Below are positions 32,864 through 43,098 of a stretch of 64,000 nucleotides of DNA, piece by piece (the stretch's first letter is position 1; each line of letters begins with the position of its first letter). Origin of the DNA: Epithemia pelagica (taxonomy: Eukaryota; Protista; Bacillariophyta); the NCBI GenBank assembly GCA_946965045.2, contig OX337229.1, positions 434,001 to 498,000 of the forward strand, written 5' to 3'. The position numbers and the translations under genes were made by a program. Under the pieces are notes generated by a model that did not search any database, was not told the DNA's origin, and saw only the letters and a program-made list of their open reading frames with translations.

Positions 32864-33990
32864 ATGGCATTCTACCTTTCCGTTCGCCTTGTTTTGATTC
32901 TCTCATGCTTGTTTTGGCCGCGTTCTACAACATGTTTTGTGCCTCCCAGAGATTCGTTTTCGAATACCAGGTTTAGGAATAGCATATCCCCTTACTCGAC
33001 AAAACCAACCACCACCTTGTCGAACAACAAAAACAACAACGACGACAACACGGCTGCTTCTTCCGCCGCCTTGAATGGATTGACGGTGGCGATTGTGGGT
33101 GGAGGTCCTTCGGGGTTGTTATTGGCCCACAAATTGGTATCGAATGGAGCCCATGTATCCTTGTTAGAATCGCGATCACGACCTCAAAAGCAAGTATCGA
33201 AAGAATCTCGAGCCTATGCCTTGGGCATTGGTAGGCGAGGACGAACGGCGATTCAATCCGTCGACCAAGATGACGACAATCAAGAATCATCCTTGTGGAA
33301 GGCGGTGCAACAGGTTGGCTTTGCCAGTGAACGATTTCATCTTCATATCGGACCGTTTCGGTTGCGATTGCGAGATGGCCCAAAAACGAAAACCACAGCC
33401 ACAAATGAGACAGCCGCCGAACCGTCCATGCTCTTGTACCAAAGTGATTTGTGTCGTGTCTTGTTGGAGGAATTGGAACACTGTTGGAAGGACGAACAAC
33501 AACAACAACAACCAAGAGTGTCGATTCAGTACGATACCAAAGTGACCCGTGTGGATCTGCGGCAGGGTCGGATCTTGACGACGAGAACAACAACCAGTAG
33601 CAGCAATCTTGAAACGCCAGACTCGTCGTCGTATGATTTGATTGTGGGTTGCGATGGTGTCAATTCCATTGTACGACAAACCCTCCAAGAGACGTGGCCC
33701 GCCTTTGCAACGACCAAATCCATTCTGCCCGGTGTGTTCAAAGTCGTTCAACTCGGTCGCATGTCACCCAAATTGGATCCCATGGCCGTGGCGCTCCTGT
33801 TGCTCTAATCCGGGACCTGAACCGCCTTTGTCGAACCCATGGTAGATCAAGGATGCTGTGTTTTGGTGGCCAGTCGATCGGCCAGTCGATCGGCCAGCGA
33901 TACACTGCTTGCTTGGACGAATCCAACCCAACTCCAAGAGGAATTGTCAATGCGATTTCGGTGGCGGCTCCTACCAAGACTGTCCAACGA
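32864..33990 (+). pseudogene. FAD-dependent monooxygenase (kynurenine 3-monooxygenase-like) with bipartite targeting peptide; two in-frame stops, 3' end lost
   Basis: VAIVGGGPSGLLLA, RAYALGIGRRG, LIVGCDGVNSIVR; TAA 33806-33808 and TGA 33818-33820 then TAFVEPM in frame; no GDAAH motif seen. Confidence 0.75.
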
Positions 33991-34776
33991 ACCAAGAGCA
34001 GCAAGTCCTCGTCGTCGTGGGTGGTGTCCTCCTCCTCCTCCTCCACTGCATCCACCTGTTCGATGGATTCTGCCTCGATTGGCGAACGCGTCTCGCAACG
34101 CAAACGACGCTCATGTCTTTCGACACGAAACAACCACAACAACGACAAGGATCACCCCTCCATCACTTTCATGGCTTGCGCGAGGACTATCACCGTGTCT
34201 TGGACATTACGGCGGTCGAATATTACGATGTCATAATCCCCAATGTCCTCAACCAAGCCCAATTTTATGTTCGGCAAACAACCTTTCCACCTCTCGACCA
34301 CATTGCAGCAGCAGCAGCAGCAGCACCGTCTTGGGGCAGTCCCAGGAACTCTTCACAAAACACGCACAGGGTGGAGAGGGATAGAACGTCGTCCTCTGTT
34401 GTTTTACCAAGAAAAGCCGGTACAACACCACAAATCTACCACTCCTGCAACCAACATTCTTCATGTCTTACCATTCAGAATGCTGCTGCACCACGAGGTA
34501 TGGATCAAGACAAATGGTGGACCAAGCGGCGCCAAACGACGAACCATGCACGACGGAAGCAGCCGAATTTTTTGCCTACACCACCTTTTGCGAAGCGCCC
34601 GGTCCGGTCAATCCCAGTCAAGAAGAAGTTATGTAGATTCTGCAGTCCTCCATAACAGTATTCATTGTCGAACGCTCACTGCTGACAGTATGCTCCAAGT
34701 TATTCGACTTTTTCTAGGCGTAGGAGTATAGTGTGTCGGCGCAAGTTCTTATTTGTGTGAAATTTTTTTTCGTGTG

Positions 34777-35492
34777 GCTCTTGGTAAGGAGATTGGCATC
34801 TCCCGCAAGCCCGCTGGCGTCGTCAACGCGGCCACAAATACAGCGGGTAGGGAAGCGGAGGAATCAATGGATTCTCCAGGGGCAACTATGGCTCTCTTCC
34901 CTAATGGCACAGAGACCGAAGTCTCCATGCCATACCTGATGACACAAGGACAAAGTCCTCGTGCCACCAGGGTTTTGAATAAGCACAGAGACCGAAGTCT
35001 CCATGCCAACAAGGACATCTCCGACAAGGGCTCTAGCTAGACTCAGCTGATGTAGGAGTAGGAAGTTATTCACAAATACAGCGGATAGGGAAGCCCGGAG
35101 GAATCAATGGATTCTCCAGGGGCAACTATGGCACTCGTCCCCAATGGTACAGAGACCGAAGTCTCCATGCCATACGCCATACCTGATGACACAAGGACAA
35201 AGTCCTCGTGCCACCAGGGTTTTGTGATAACACCGACAACCGACACACCAACAAGACAAGGACTCTAGCTAGACTCAGCTGAAGTAGAATTTAGCAAGAA
35301 ACAGAAGAAGGGGTAGAGTGTAGAGTGAGAAGGTTGAGTAGGAAAGATTCATAACCGACATGACCGTGCACACGTACCACTGGCAACCGACAACCGACAT
35401 GTTATTTTTTTTTTGGATTTTTTACTTTTTCTGGGTTTTTTGGATTTTTTTGCTTTTTCTGGGTTTTTTGGATTTTTTCATCAGCACCACTA
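34777..35492 (-). repeat. Repeat R copy 2, with internally duplicated core (R2a 34777-35065, R2b 35071-35492)
   Basis: Same blocks as 27136-27699; UUCG hairpin block occurs three times (34912, 34988, 35152). Confidence 0.9.
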
Positions 35493-36307
35493 CCCCTACC
35501 CGTACCCGCGGAAAAAAGACGAGCGGATCGTCGAACGTGCACCATTCGGCCTGCCTTTGGGGAGTAGGCAACAGCAAGGATCCTGCCCAAACGCGGGGAG
35601 TCCTCGGGGCCGGAGGAACTCTCGATCATGCTTTGGGGGGCATTCTCATCCATGTGAGGCGAGGTATCTTTTTGGGTGGGGGTGGGGGAAGGAGGGGTGG
35701 CGACCATGGAAGGAGGGGTGGAGTCTCGAGGGGGTGAGTCGTGCCCCAAAATGATCTTTTCGTCGTCGTCGGGGATGAGCGCGGGTTCAGGCTCAGGCCC
35801 ATGACGGTCGACTGGAACTGGAGGGGTCTCCTCGTCATCCTCGAGATCATCTGCGAGTGCGAGAGGAGGGAAGTCCAAGTCAGCGTCGAACTCGCAAGGC
35901 AGAACAGCAACAGTGTCGACGTCGACCTCCTCCTCGGGATCGCGAATCTCGATCTCTCCATCCTCGTGGCGACCATTCTCGGCAAGCTTCGCTTCGGCAA
36001 CTGCAAGCTGTTGTCGAAGAGTCGCATTTTCGCGTCGAAGCTTTCGCACAGACCGCACTTTCCTCACTCGAAGCGCCGCATTCTCGCGACGAAGCTTCTT
36101 GTAGGCTCGGTCCTTCTGTGCACTTTCTTTCTGCAGCTTTCGGATTGTTGCTCGGCGCTTCTTGTCAAGCTTTTCCGACTCAAGCACCGACTCATGCAAG
36201 CCATAAGCGAAAGCGATAATCAGTAGGAGAAGAACAAAAGGAGCACAGAGCTGAGCCCACCAGAGCAGGTTCGACAAGACTTCGTAGATATCAATTTCAC
36301 ACATCAT
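35402..36307 (-). CDS. GC-rich hypothetical protein: TM helix, coiled coil (KLRRENA x2), acidic/Pro region, RRSARL motif; stop lies inside repeat R
   Basis: 301-aa ORF from MMCEID; last codons derive from the A-rich arm of R. Confidence 0.6.
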   Translation of the reverse strand: MMCEIDIYEVLSNLLWWAQLCAPFVLLLLIIAFAYGLHESVLESEKLDKKRRATIRKLQKESAQKDRAYKKLRRENAALRVRKVRSVRKLRRENATLRQQLAVAEAKLAENGRHEDGEIEIRDPEEEVDVDTVAVLPCEFDADLDFPPLALADDLEDDEETPPVPVDRHGPEPEPALIPDDDEKIILGHDSPPRDSTPPSMVATPPSPTPTQKDTSPHMDENAPQSMIESSSGPEDSPRLGRILAVAYSPKAGRMVHVRRSARLFSAGTGRGSGADEKIQKTQKKQKNPKNPEKVKNPKKK

Positions 36308-36585
36308 GGTCAATCGTATTTTGGTCAATCGTATTTTTTGTTTTTGTGCGTGTTGGATTGTCGCGTGTTGTTGTTGTTGTTGGCGTTTCGTGTTGTTGGC
36401 GATCAGTGTACGATTGGACCGAGGCAGCGGGGCCGGTTTATGTCCACCGTCGGGGCATTGTTGCACGCACCTCGAGGGTCGAGGGCCGCAACACAGCGCA
36501 ACTACACAACAATCAACCGTCGGGGCATTGTTTTCTGCAACGAAACCAAAACCAAGATGACGACGACAAGAACAAGAGCAAGCCG

Positions 36586-37491
36586 ATGACGACGGCACAA
36601 CAACAACACGAGGACATGGCTCCTCTGCAACGAAACCACAACCAAGACGACGACGACAAGAACAAGAGCAAGTCGACGACGACACAACAACAACAACAAC
36701 AAGACGACGAAGAAGAGGACGAAGACTATGTTGGTGTTTTGCTTTTGGTGTTTGGCACTACTCTTGTTCGAGCCAATCCCAACGATGAATGCCTTATCGA
36801 AGAAAAGCCCATGGAACCCTTGCCTCTCATGCCCACACTTGTGTACAGTTTGACTGCGACCAGTACGACCAATGTGAACCGCATGCGGAATGAATTGAAT
36901 GCCATGGTACAACAACAGCAACCGCAGCAAGACTCTGCCAACACCAACCAGAACAACGTTCTACTGTTGGCCGTGTATTTTGATGAAACGACCCAGACCT
37001 TTTCCATTCATGCCGTCTTTCTCGATTGCACGGTCGTGGTGCCCAAACTCGACCAGTGGATGCAATTTGCCACCTTTGGAACCTTTGCCATTTTGGATGG
37101 CAGTGAAACGGCGAGACAAGCCATTACCAACAAGGGCTTGACGGCCAAATTGGCCACCTTGGATAAGGGCATGGAACGAGCCTTGCTCTGTTGTGATATC
37201 GACGCAGAGGATGGTGATTCTGGATTGGAACCGCACACCCGATGGTTGCATGGCACCCACAACGACAACGAGCGGTGCGATCCAGCAGATCATGCCACCC
37301 CGTTGCGGAACAAACCCTTTGGTCCGCACCAGTTTATTTACTTTTTCTTTGACACGACCGTACCGGGATATGGAGCCTCCATTGCTCTCTTGACCCTGTT
37401 ATTTGCCTTGATTCTCTTTTTTGTCTTGTTATCGACGGTGGCTTGGCCGCGAGCCTTGGCTTTGTCGGGATTCTGTGTACCGCCGTCATGA
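36586..37491 (+). CDS. Unknown gene A: low-complexity N-terminus, two hydrophobic segments; start uncertain
   Basis: Long ORF; differences to copy 29215-29657 include synonymous changes in this frame (AGT/AGC, GCG AGA/GCT CGA). Confidence 0.55.
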   Translation: MTTAQQQHEDMAPLQRNHNQDDDDKNKSKSTTTQQQQQQDDEEEDEDYVGVLLLVFGTTLVRANPNDECLIEEKPMEPLPLMPTLVYSLTATSTTNVNRMRNELNAMVQQQQPQQDSANTNQNNVLLLAVYFDETTQTFSIHAVFLDCTVVVPKLDQWMQFATFGTFAILDGSETARQAITNKGLTAKLATLDKGMERALLCCDIDAEDGDSGLEPHTRWLHGTHNDNERCDPADHATPLRNKPFGPHQFIYFFFDTTVPGYGASIALLTLLFALILFFVLLSTVAWPRALALSGFCVPPS

Positions 37492-37964
37492 GATTTCGAG
37501 ACTGACGAAAAACAAGAGAGGTGTCGTTTGTGTAATAGCGGGATTTGTGTATGATAGGATGATGGGGGATCATTCATCGAGAGGTCTCTCAAGCAGTCTC
37601 ACTGTATAATAGAATGTGTTGGTGCGAGGCAGTCGTCGGGAACCAATTTTGTGACAGAACAACGGCTTTCTGGGGAGGAGAAACGATAATAGGTAGATCT
37701 AATAGACCTTGGGCAGTATTCAAATGCATTGGCCGCATCCCCCGAAGGATCCGCTAGCCAGATCGACGAGGGCGACACTCCAGTCACTGGGTTACTCCTC
37801 TACTAGATTCGTTTGCTGTTCACAGCGCATAGTGGGGCTAGCATCAAATATTTTTTCCGTGATCTTTATACTTTTCATCGCCTTTTGTGGTAACAGTCAG
37901 TTGCCAGCCGGGGTCCTGTTCTTCTCGTGTATGCAACAACTACAACAACAGAGACGAAGAGACC

Positions 37965-39498
37965 ATGAGTAGTGCTGCGTCTCCATCATTGACCTATCTT
38001 CGTCCACAAGTTGCGGAGTTAAAGCGTCGACTGGATGCCTTTGTCGAAAACGAATGCATCCCAGCCGAAGACGAACATGCCGCTCATTTACGTCATCGCG
38101 AGGGCAAGGATCGGTGGACCCTGTCGGCCGTACCACCCTGTATGGATCGACTCAAGCGCCGAGCCCAACAATTGGGATTGTGGAACTTGTTTATTCCACC
38201 GCATTCCATACCCAAAATTCCCGATAATTACCGATCGTTGGGACCCTCCATTGAGGGTGGATTGACCTATCGGGAATATGGTATCTTGTGTGAATCCTTG
38301 GGTCGCAGTCCGCACATTGCACCCGAAGCCTGTAATACCAGTGCACCGGATACCGGCAATATGGAAGTCTTGCTGGAATTTGGGACTCCTCAACAAAAGC
38401 AAGACTATTTAATTCCCTTGCTTCAAGGAAGGATCCGATCCACCTTTCTCATGACAGAACCCGAAGTGGCCAGCAGTGATCCCACCAATTTACAAACACG
38501 ACTTCTCAAAACGAAAAAGACACATCCCACTGATCCAGATGAATATGTCTTGACTGGACGAAAATGGTGGAGTACGGGAGCCATGGATCCTCGATGTCGC
38601 ATGGCTCTAGTAGTGGCACGCATGGAATACCAAGATGCGGACGACAAGGAACAGTCATCATCCTCCAATAATAAGTATGGAGCTCATACCATTGTCCTCG
38701 TACCCATGCCGCAAAAGGGCGTGATTTTGAAACGACCGTTAAAGTTGTTTGGCTATGACGATGCACCGTCCGGTCATGCCGAAGTCGTGTTGGACAATGT
38801 GTTGTTAACATCTGCTCATTTGATTTCCGGAGAGGGCAGTGGGTTTCGTGTTTCGCAAGCTCGATTGGGACCTGGACGAATTCATCATTGTATGAGAGCT
38901 ATTGGCATGGGTAAGAGATTATATCGTTTGTGTCGTTTGTCATTCAGTTTATTGTTGTTGTTTTTGTCTCTTCTTGTTGTATGATCCTTTTCCTCAACTT
39001 TGAAATGGACCACCTCACACTCACTGTTTTGGATTCACTGTCATTGACTCTCTTGTTCCACAACGTGAAACAGCGGCACGAAGTTTGGAACTCATGTTAC
39101 AACGTGCCGCGGAACGCCAAACGTTTGGAAAGTATCTGTGGGAGCACGGTGGATGTCAAGAAATGATTGCCGATGCGGTGGCCGATTTGGAAGCGGCCCG
39201 GCTCTTGACCTTGAATTGCGCCGCGGCCATGGATGCGCAGGGTGGGGCCCGTTTGGTTCGGGATCAAGTGGCCCTGATCAAATATGCCGTTCCCAATCTT
39301 ACCTACCATGTCGTGGATTGTGCCGTCCAACTCTTTGGAGGAGCCGGTGTCAGCGATGACGACCATGTCTTGGCACGATTCTTGTGTGGACTCCGATCCC
39401 TCCGCATTGCCGATGGACCCGATGCCGTGCACAAACGCACCGTGGCGTTGCGACAACTCAAAGCCTTTCATCTGAAACGGCAGAACGGAAACTTGTAG
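37965..39498 (+). CDS. Acyl-CoA dehydrogenase (ACAD10/11-type); exons 37965-38910, 39074-39498
   Basis: CNTSAPDTGNMEVL, MTEPEVASSDPTN, GRKWWSTGAMDPRC, QARLGPGRIHHCMRAIG, LRIADGPDAVH; GT-AG intron. Confidence 0.95.
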
Positions 39499-39662
39499 GT
39501 ACTGCAAACGTTTTGTCTACATTCAAAGGTCTGCAGACAAGCGTGGATGCAGAAGGTATCAATCTACAAGATACCTGTTACCAGTCCACATTTAAAGCAT
39601 TTGATACTGTCTAGAGAAGTGTATACTATATTATTATAAATCGATTCGACTATACGTAGCTC

Positions 39663-41858
39663 CTATAGCGCTTTCGACGTGGACGCGCGGATTTGTTCCA
39701 ATCGACTTTGAATAGCCCGACCCGTCAGAAACTTGGCCAATAAGGCAGGAAAATCCGGCACTTCTTTGTACGAGGGAAAGTAATTGACGTCCACCACCAA
39801 CATGCATGGCTTGTCTTCGTGATGATTCATAGAGGTACCTGCTGTTGATGCTGTGGTCTTGTTGGCCTCGATCAAGACATCAAATCCAAAGATTTCCAAT
39901 CCAAAGGCCTGTTTCAAAGCCTCGACAATCGGCCGTACTTCGTCGGGAGTGACTTCCACAGTCTTTTTGATGCTGGACAAGTCCGTCTGGAGTGGCGTGC
40001 ATGTCTCGTGTGTTACGGGAGGTTGCACTTTGACTCCTCCATTCTTTGGTTCGGTTGGACTCATGGGAGAAGGTGATGAGAAATTAGGGTGCTCTTCTGG
40101 ATGATGGAATCCAAAATCTCGCAACCGTGGATAGGGTCGTTGCGAATCAAACTCTACCACCACAGATGCGTCTTCCACCGGTTGCTTTGAGATTTGAGAC
40201 GGTAAGTTGGGAAGACTTCTGCGTTTATAGACACTGACAAAATCTCCCAATACATACACCTTGTACAAGACGGCATTATGATTGGCATATTCTTGAAACA
40301 GGCAAGGAGCACGATCGACCACATGCTCCAACCCCGAGGGATGCGTAATAACAGCCATCGAATGACTTGCTTTTGTCCCTGCTGCTGTCAACGGCTTGGC
40401 AATAAGGGGAAACGATAAATCTGCCTCGTAGACAGCATTATATAACATGCCTTTCATTGCTGAAGCTTCTTGTGCATCATCTTGATCGTCCTTATTGCCA
40501 CTACTACGAGCCACAACGGCATAATTGGGGGAGCGCACCGGCATGCCCGACAAGGAGGTGACACCGTCCAGACAATCCTTGAGGACACTGGCAATATCCG
40601 CTCGGGACATGAGCGTTTGAACACAAACGGGGTCGTCAACCAGTGAACAACCATGCAACTTTTGAAACTGACAAAGCCGATGAACGCGTCGGACAGCAGC
40701 CACATCACATTCCTCAAGGTTGGCTTCATGAAGGACCGTATCAAGAGTCGGGTCATCGAGCTGCAAACTCGTCTTCAACTTGGGATTGGTCAAGGAGAGC
40801 TGAGATAGAAGGAGAATGTCTTCTGTGAGTTTATGCAGAATGACATCAATTCCACCATGTTGTTCTTCCAGGGGGATTTCTGGATCCAAGGGTACGAATG
40901 AGACACGAATCGGGTAGGATTTCTTGTGGTTCCTCGTCTTGCTGCGTGCGGCGGCACTCCCGGCTGTAGACGTACGAGTGAGGGAGGAGGAGTCGGCCGT
41001 AGTGGTCGTGCGATGCCCCCCACTGGGGGCCCCTCCATGGGCCGAGAGGGTCCGCACACTGGCCGCAGTAGACGCTGTTCGCGTTCCAGTCGATCCCCAC
41101 GAAGATACCGAGGGAGAGGAGGATCGCAAATGCCGTACAATGCTATGAGGATGGTGACTTTGTGGATGATGGACCGCCGTGGATGCAGCCATTGTTGAGC
41201 TGTATCGATGTTCGCCAGAGTGAAAGACAACGGAAGAAGCTTGGTTGGATTCCAACGGGGTTGATTTCTTGGACGAAGAAGCATTGTCTTGGCTTTTTTC
41301 ATCGCACATTCCTTCTCCATCCAGTTTCTCACCCGTACCATTCTCAAGGAGCAGTTCTTTGCGTTGCTCGTCCGTAAAGGATGACAACACTTCTTGAGTC
41401 AAAGCCAAATTGGTCGTCAGTATAGTGGACCGTTGTTCTGGGGAGATGGAGGTCGAATCAATCTGTCCATCGCCTTCTTCTTGTTTATGATCATTAACGA
41501 CATTTCGAAGCTGATTTCGTCGTTGTTCCTTCAACGACTCGATCGATGGGACAATCACGCTTTGAGTGCTCAGTCCAGTTCTCGATGCTTCTGCCATGAC
41601 CACGCCCATGGTACTCATTTTCTTGGGACCAAAGGAATAGCCCACTACAATGGGACGACGAAGCAGCATATTCATGATATGTACATCGTCGTCCTCCTCG
41701 TCCAGTTCTTCTTCGTACGTTTGATCGAAATGGTCTTCGTCTTCGCAAGCACTGGCGCTGATCGTTGCAGCATCCACTGAGTGGTTGTCATCGTTCCCTT
41801 CAACGATCACCATTGAACACTCGCCATTGATAGTAGGAGTAGTCATTGAATTATTCAT
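39663..41858 (-). CDS. ITPK1: Inositol-tetrakisphosphate 1-kinase (ATP-grasp)
   Basis: VGYSFGPKK, DVILHKLTED, PLIAKPL..GTKASHSM, QEYANHNAVLYKVYV, FGFDV, DVNYFPSY. Confidence 0.92.
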   Translation of the reverse strand: MNNSMTTPTINGECSMVIVEGNDDNHSVDAATISASACEDEDHFDQTYEEELDEEDDDVHIMNMLLRRPIVVGYSFGPKKMSTMGVVMAEASRTGLSTQSVIVPSIESLKEQRRNQLRNVVNDHKQEEGDGQIDSTSISPEQRSTILTTNLALTQEVLSSFTDEQRKELLLENGTGEKLDGEGMCDEKSQDNASSSKKSTPLESNQASSVVFHSGEHRYSSTMAASTAVHHPQSHHPHSIVRHLRSSSPSVSSWGSTGTRTASTAASVRTLSAHGGAPSGGHRTTTTADSSSLTRTSTAGSAAARSKTRNHKKSYPIRVSFVPLDPEIPLEEQHGGIDVILHKLTEDILLLSQLSLTNPKLKTSLQLDDPTLDTVLHEANLEECDVAAVRRVHRLCQFQKLHGCSLVDDPVCVQTLMSRADIASVLKDCLDGVTSLSGMPVRSPNYAVVARSSGNKDDQDDAQEASAMKGMLYNAVYEADLSFPLIAKPLTAAGTKASHSMAVITHPSGLEHVVDRAPCLFQEYANHNAVLYKVYVLGDFVSVYKRRSLPNLPSQISKQPVEDASVVVEFDSQRPYPRLRDFGFHHPEEHPNFSSPSPMSPTEPKNGGVKVQPPVTHETCTPLQTDLSSIKKTVEVTPDEVRPIVEALKQAFGLEIFGFDVLIEANKTTASTAGTSMNHHEDKPCMLVVDVNYFPSYKEVPDFPALLAKFLTGRAIQSRLEQIRASTSKAL

Positions 41859-43098
41859 TTTTTCTTCAGTAAAACGTTTCTTCACTGTCTTTTTCTTTCT
41901 CAATTGGAAATACCGAGAATATTGGTCCACAACGAACCAAATAGTTGGCTGGAAAGCAATAGATCCTACCCAACACACGTTGACCTTAGTGTCAACCTTA
42001 TTTCATCCTTCAATCTTTAGTTCCTGAGGGCAACGGTAGGCGAAACAAATGAGAAACTTTCTCTCTCACGATATTCAAGAAGAACCCGAGCACTTCCAAG
42101 AGAAAGACTGGTACGTCGAAACTTGTGTAGGTAGTCTCTGTGGTCAATCAAACGCTAGTGGAGGATTTCATTTCACCTCTCAGGGACAAACCAATCTCTA
42201 GGAAGATGGATCCACAACGACCGGACCTTGCTTCTTGCCTAACGGATGGCAAGTTCCGTCGTGGGTTTTGGTGGTGGTAAGGAGTTGATGGTGAGACACA
42301 CGAATAGCAACGAGAAACAAAAGGAGCACACTGTTGTTTGTCTCTGGGTATGTGTTGTCCAATGGTTCTCTGTCAATTTTAGGGGTGCGCTATGTCTATG
42401 CAGCATGTGCCTTCTGTCGTTTGTGGTGGAGGGAGAAGACGCCAAAGACGCGGGAAGGCGTGCGTCCAGCTTTTTCCGCGACTCCTTTCTCCCGTATTTA
42501 TCTTAGAGCGATCGCGCACGCCAATCGTCGTCCGCGGCCGCCCCATTTGTTGTCGCCGACTGAGCATCTGACACGAAATCCGATCATCACAAATCTAAAA
42601 TGAACTCCGGCATCCGCTACCCTACGTTTACCTTCAAATCTAAAAACCTACTCCTAGGAGTAGGAGTAGGAGTACTCCTATCATGCTTGGACGTAGCAAG
42701 TACTCCTAGGAGTATATGGAGATAGGGTCCAATCCAACCATTCCCTTCCTTTCTGGTAATAATCGTCCCACAACGCATTTCAAGTAATTCTCACTTTTGT
42801 GATCCTGGTTAGAGACAGACAGTGTTCTTGGAAAAGCGTCTCTAGAGATGCTAAACGGTGTGTGAACCGAACTATTTCAAGTCGTTCCGAATTTGGCTCA
42901 TACGTTCATGGCAGTTGCGTTCCAGAACCAGGTAGCTCCGCAAGAGAGAATCCGAACTTGTTTCCTAAACGATACCACAGTGTTTCGGTTACCATCGTCA
43001 TCCTTGTACATGCGAACTGCCCCAGTCCACACCAAAGGGTCTTGATTTCCGATTCGAAAATTCGTTGGCCCTTCCCATTACGTGAATGGACGAACGAC

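Noticed and set aside
33990-34731. Several overlapping ORFs after the monooxygenase
   Set aside because: Low-complexity, mutually overlapping, none gives the expected monooxygenase C-terminus or another family
34935-34971. Hammerhead ribozyme suggested by CTGATGA plus stem
   Set aside because: No GAAA after the stem, CTGATGA is CTGGTGA in copy 1, and the motif is part of a minus-strand helix
35071-35130. U1 snRNA (UCCAUUG loop and AUUUGUG Sm-like site on minus strand)
   Set aside because: No ACUUACCUG 5' end, loop is not AUUGCAC, and the Sm-like site is missing in copy 1
34912-35165. Repeated GAGACCGAAGTCTC hairpin units as a CRISPR array
   Set aside because: Irregular spacing, intervening sequences are homologous to each other, no cas genes, eukaryotic context
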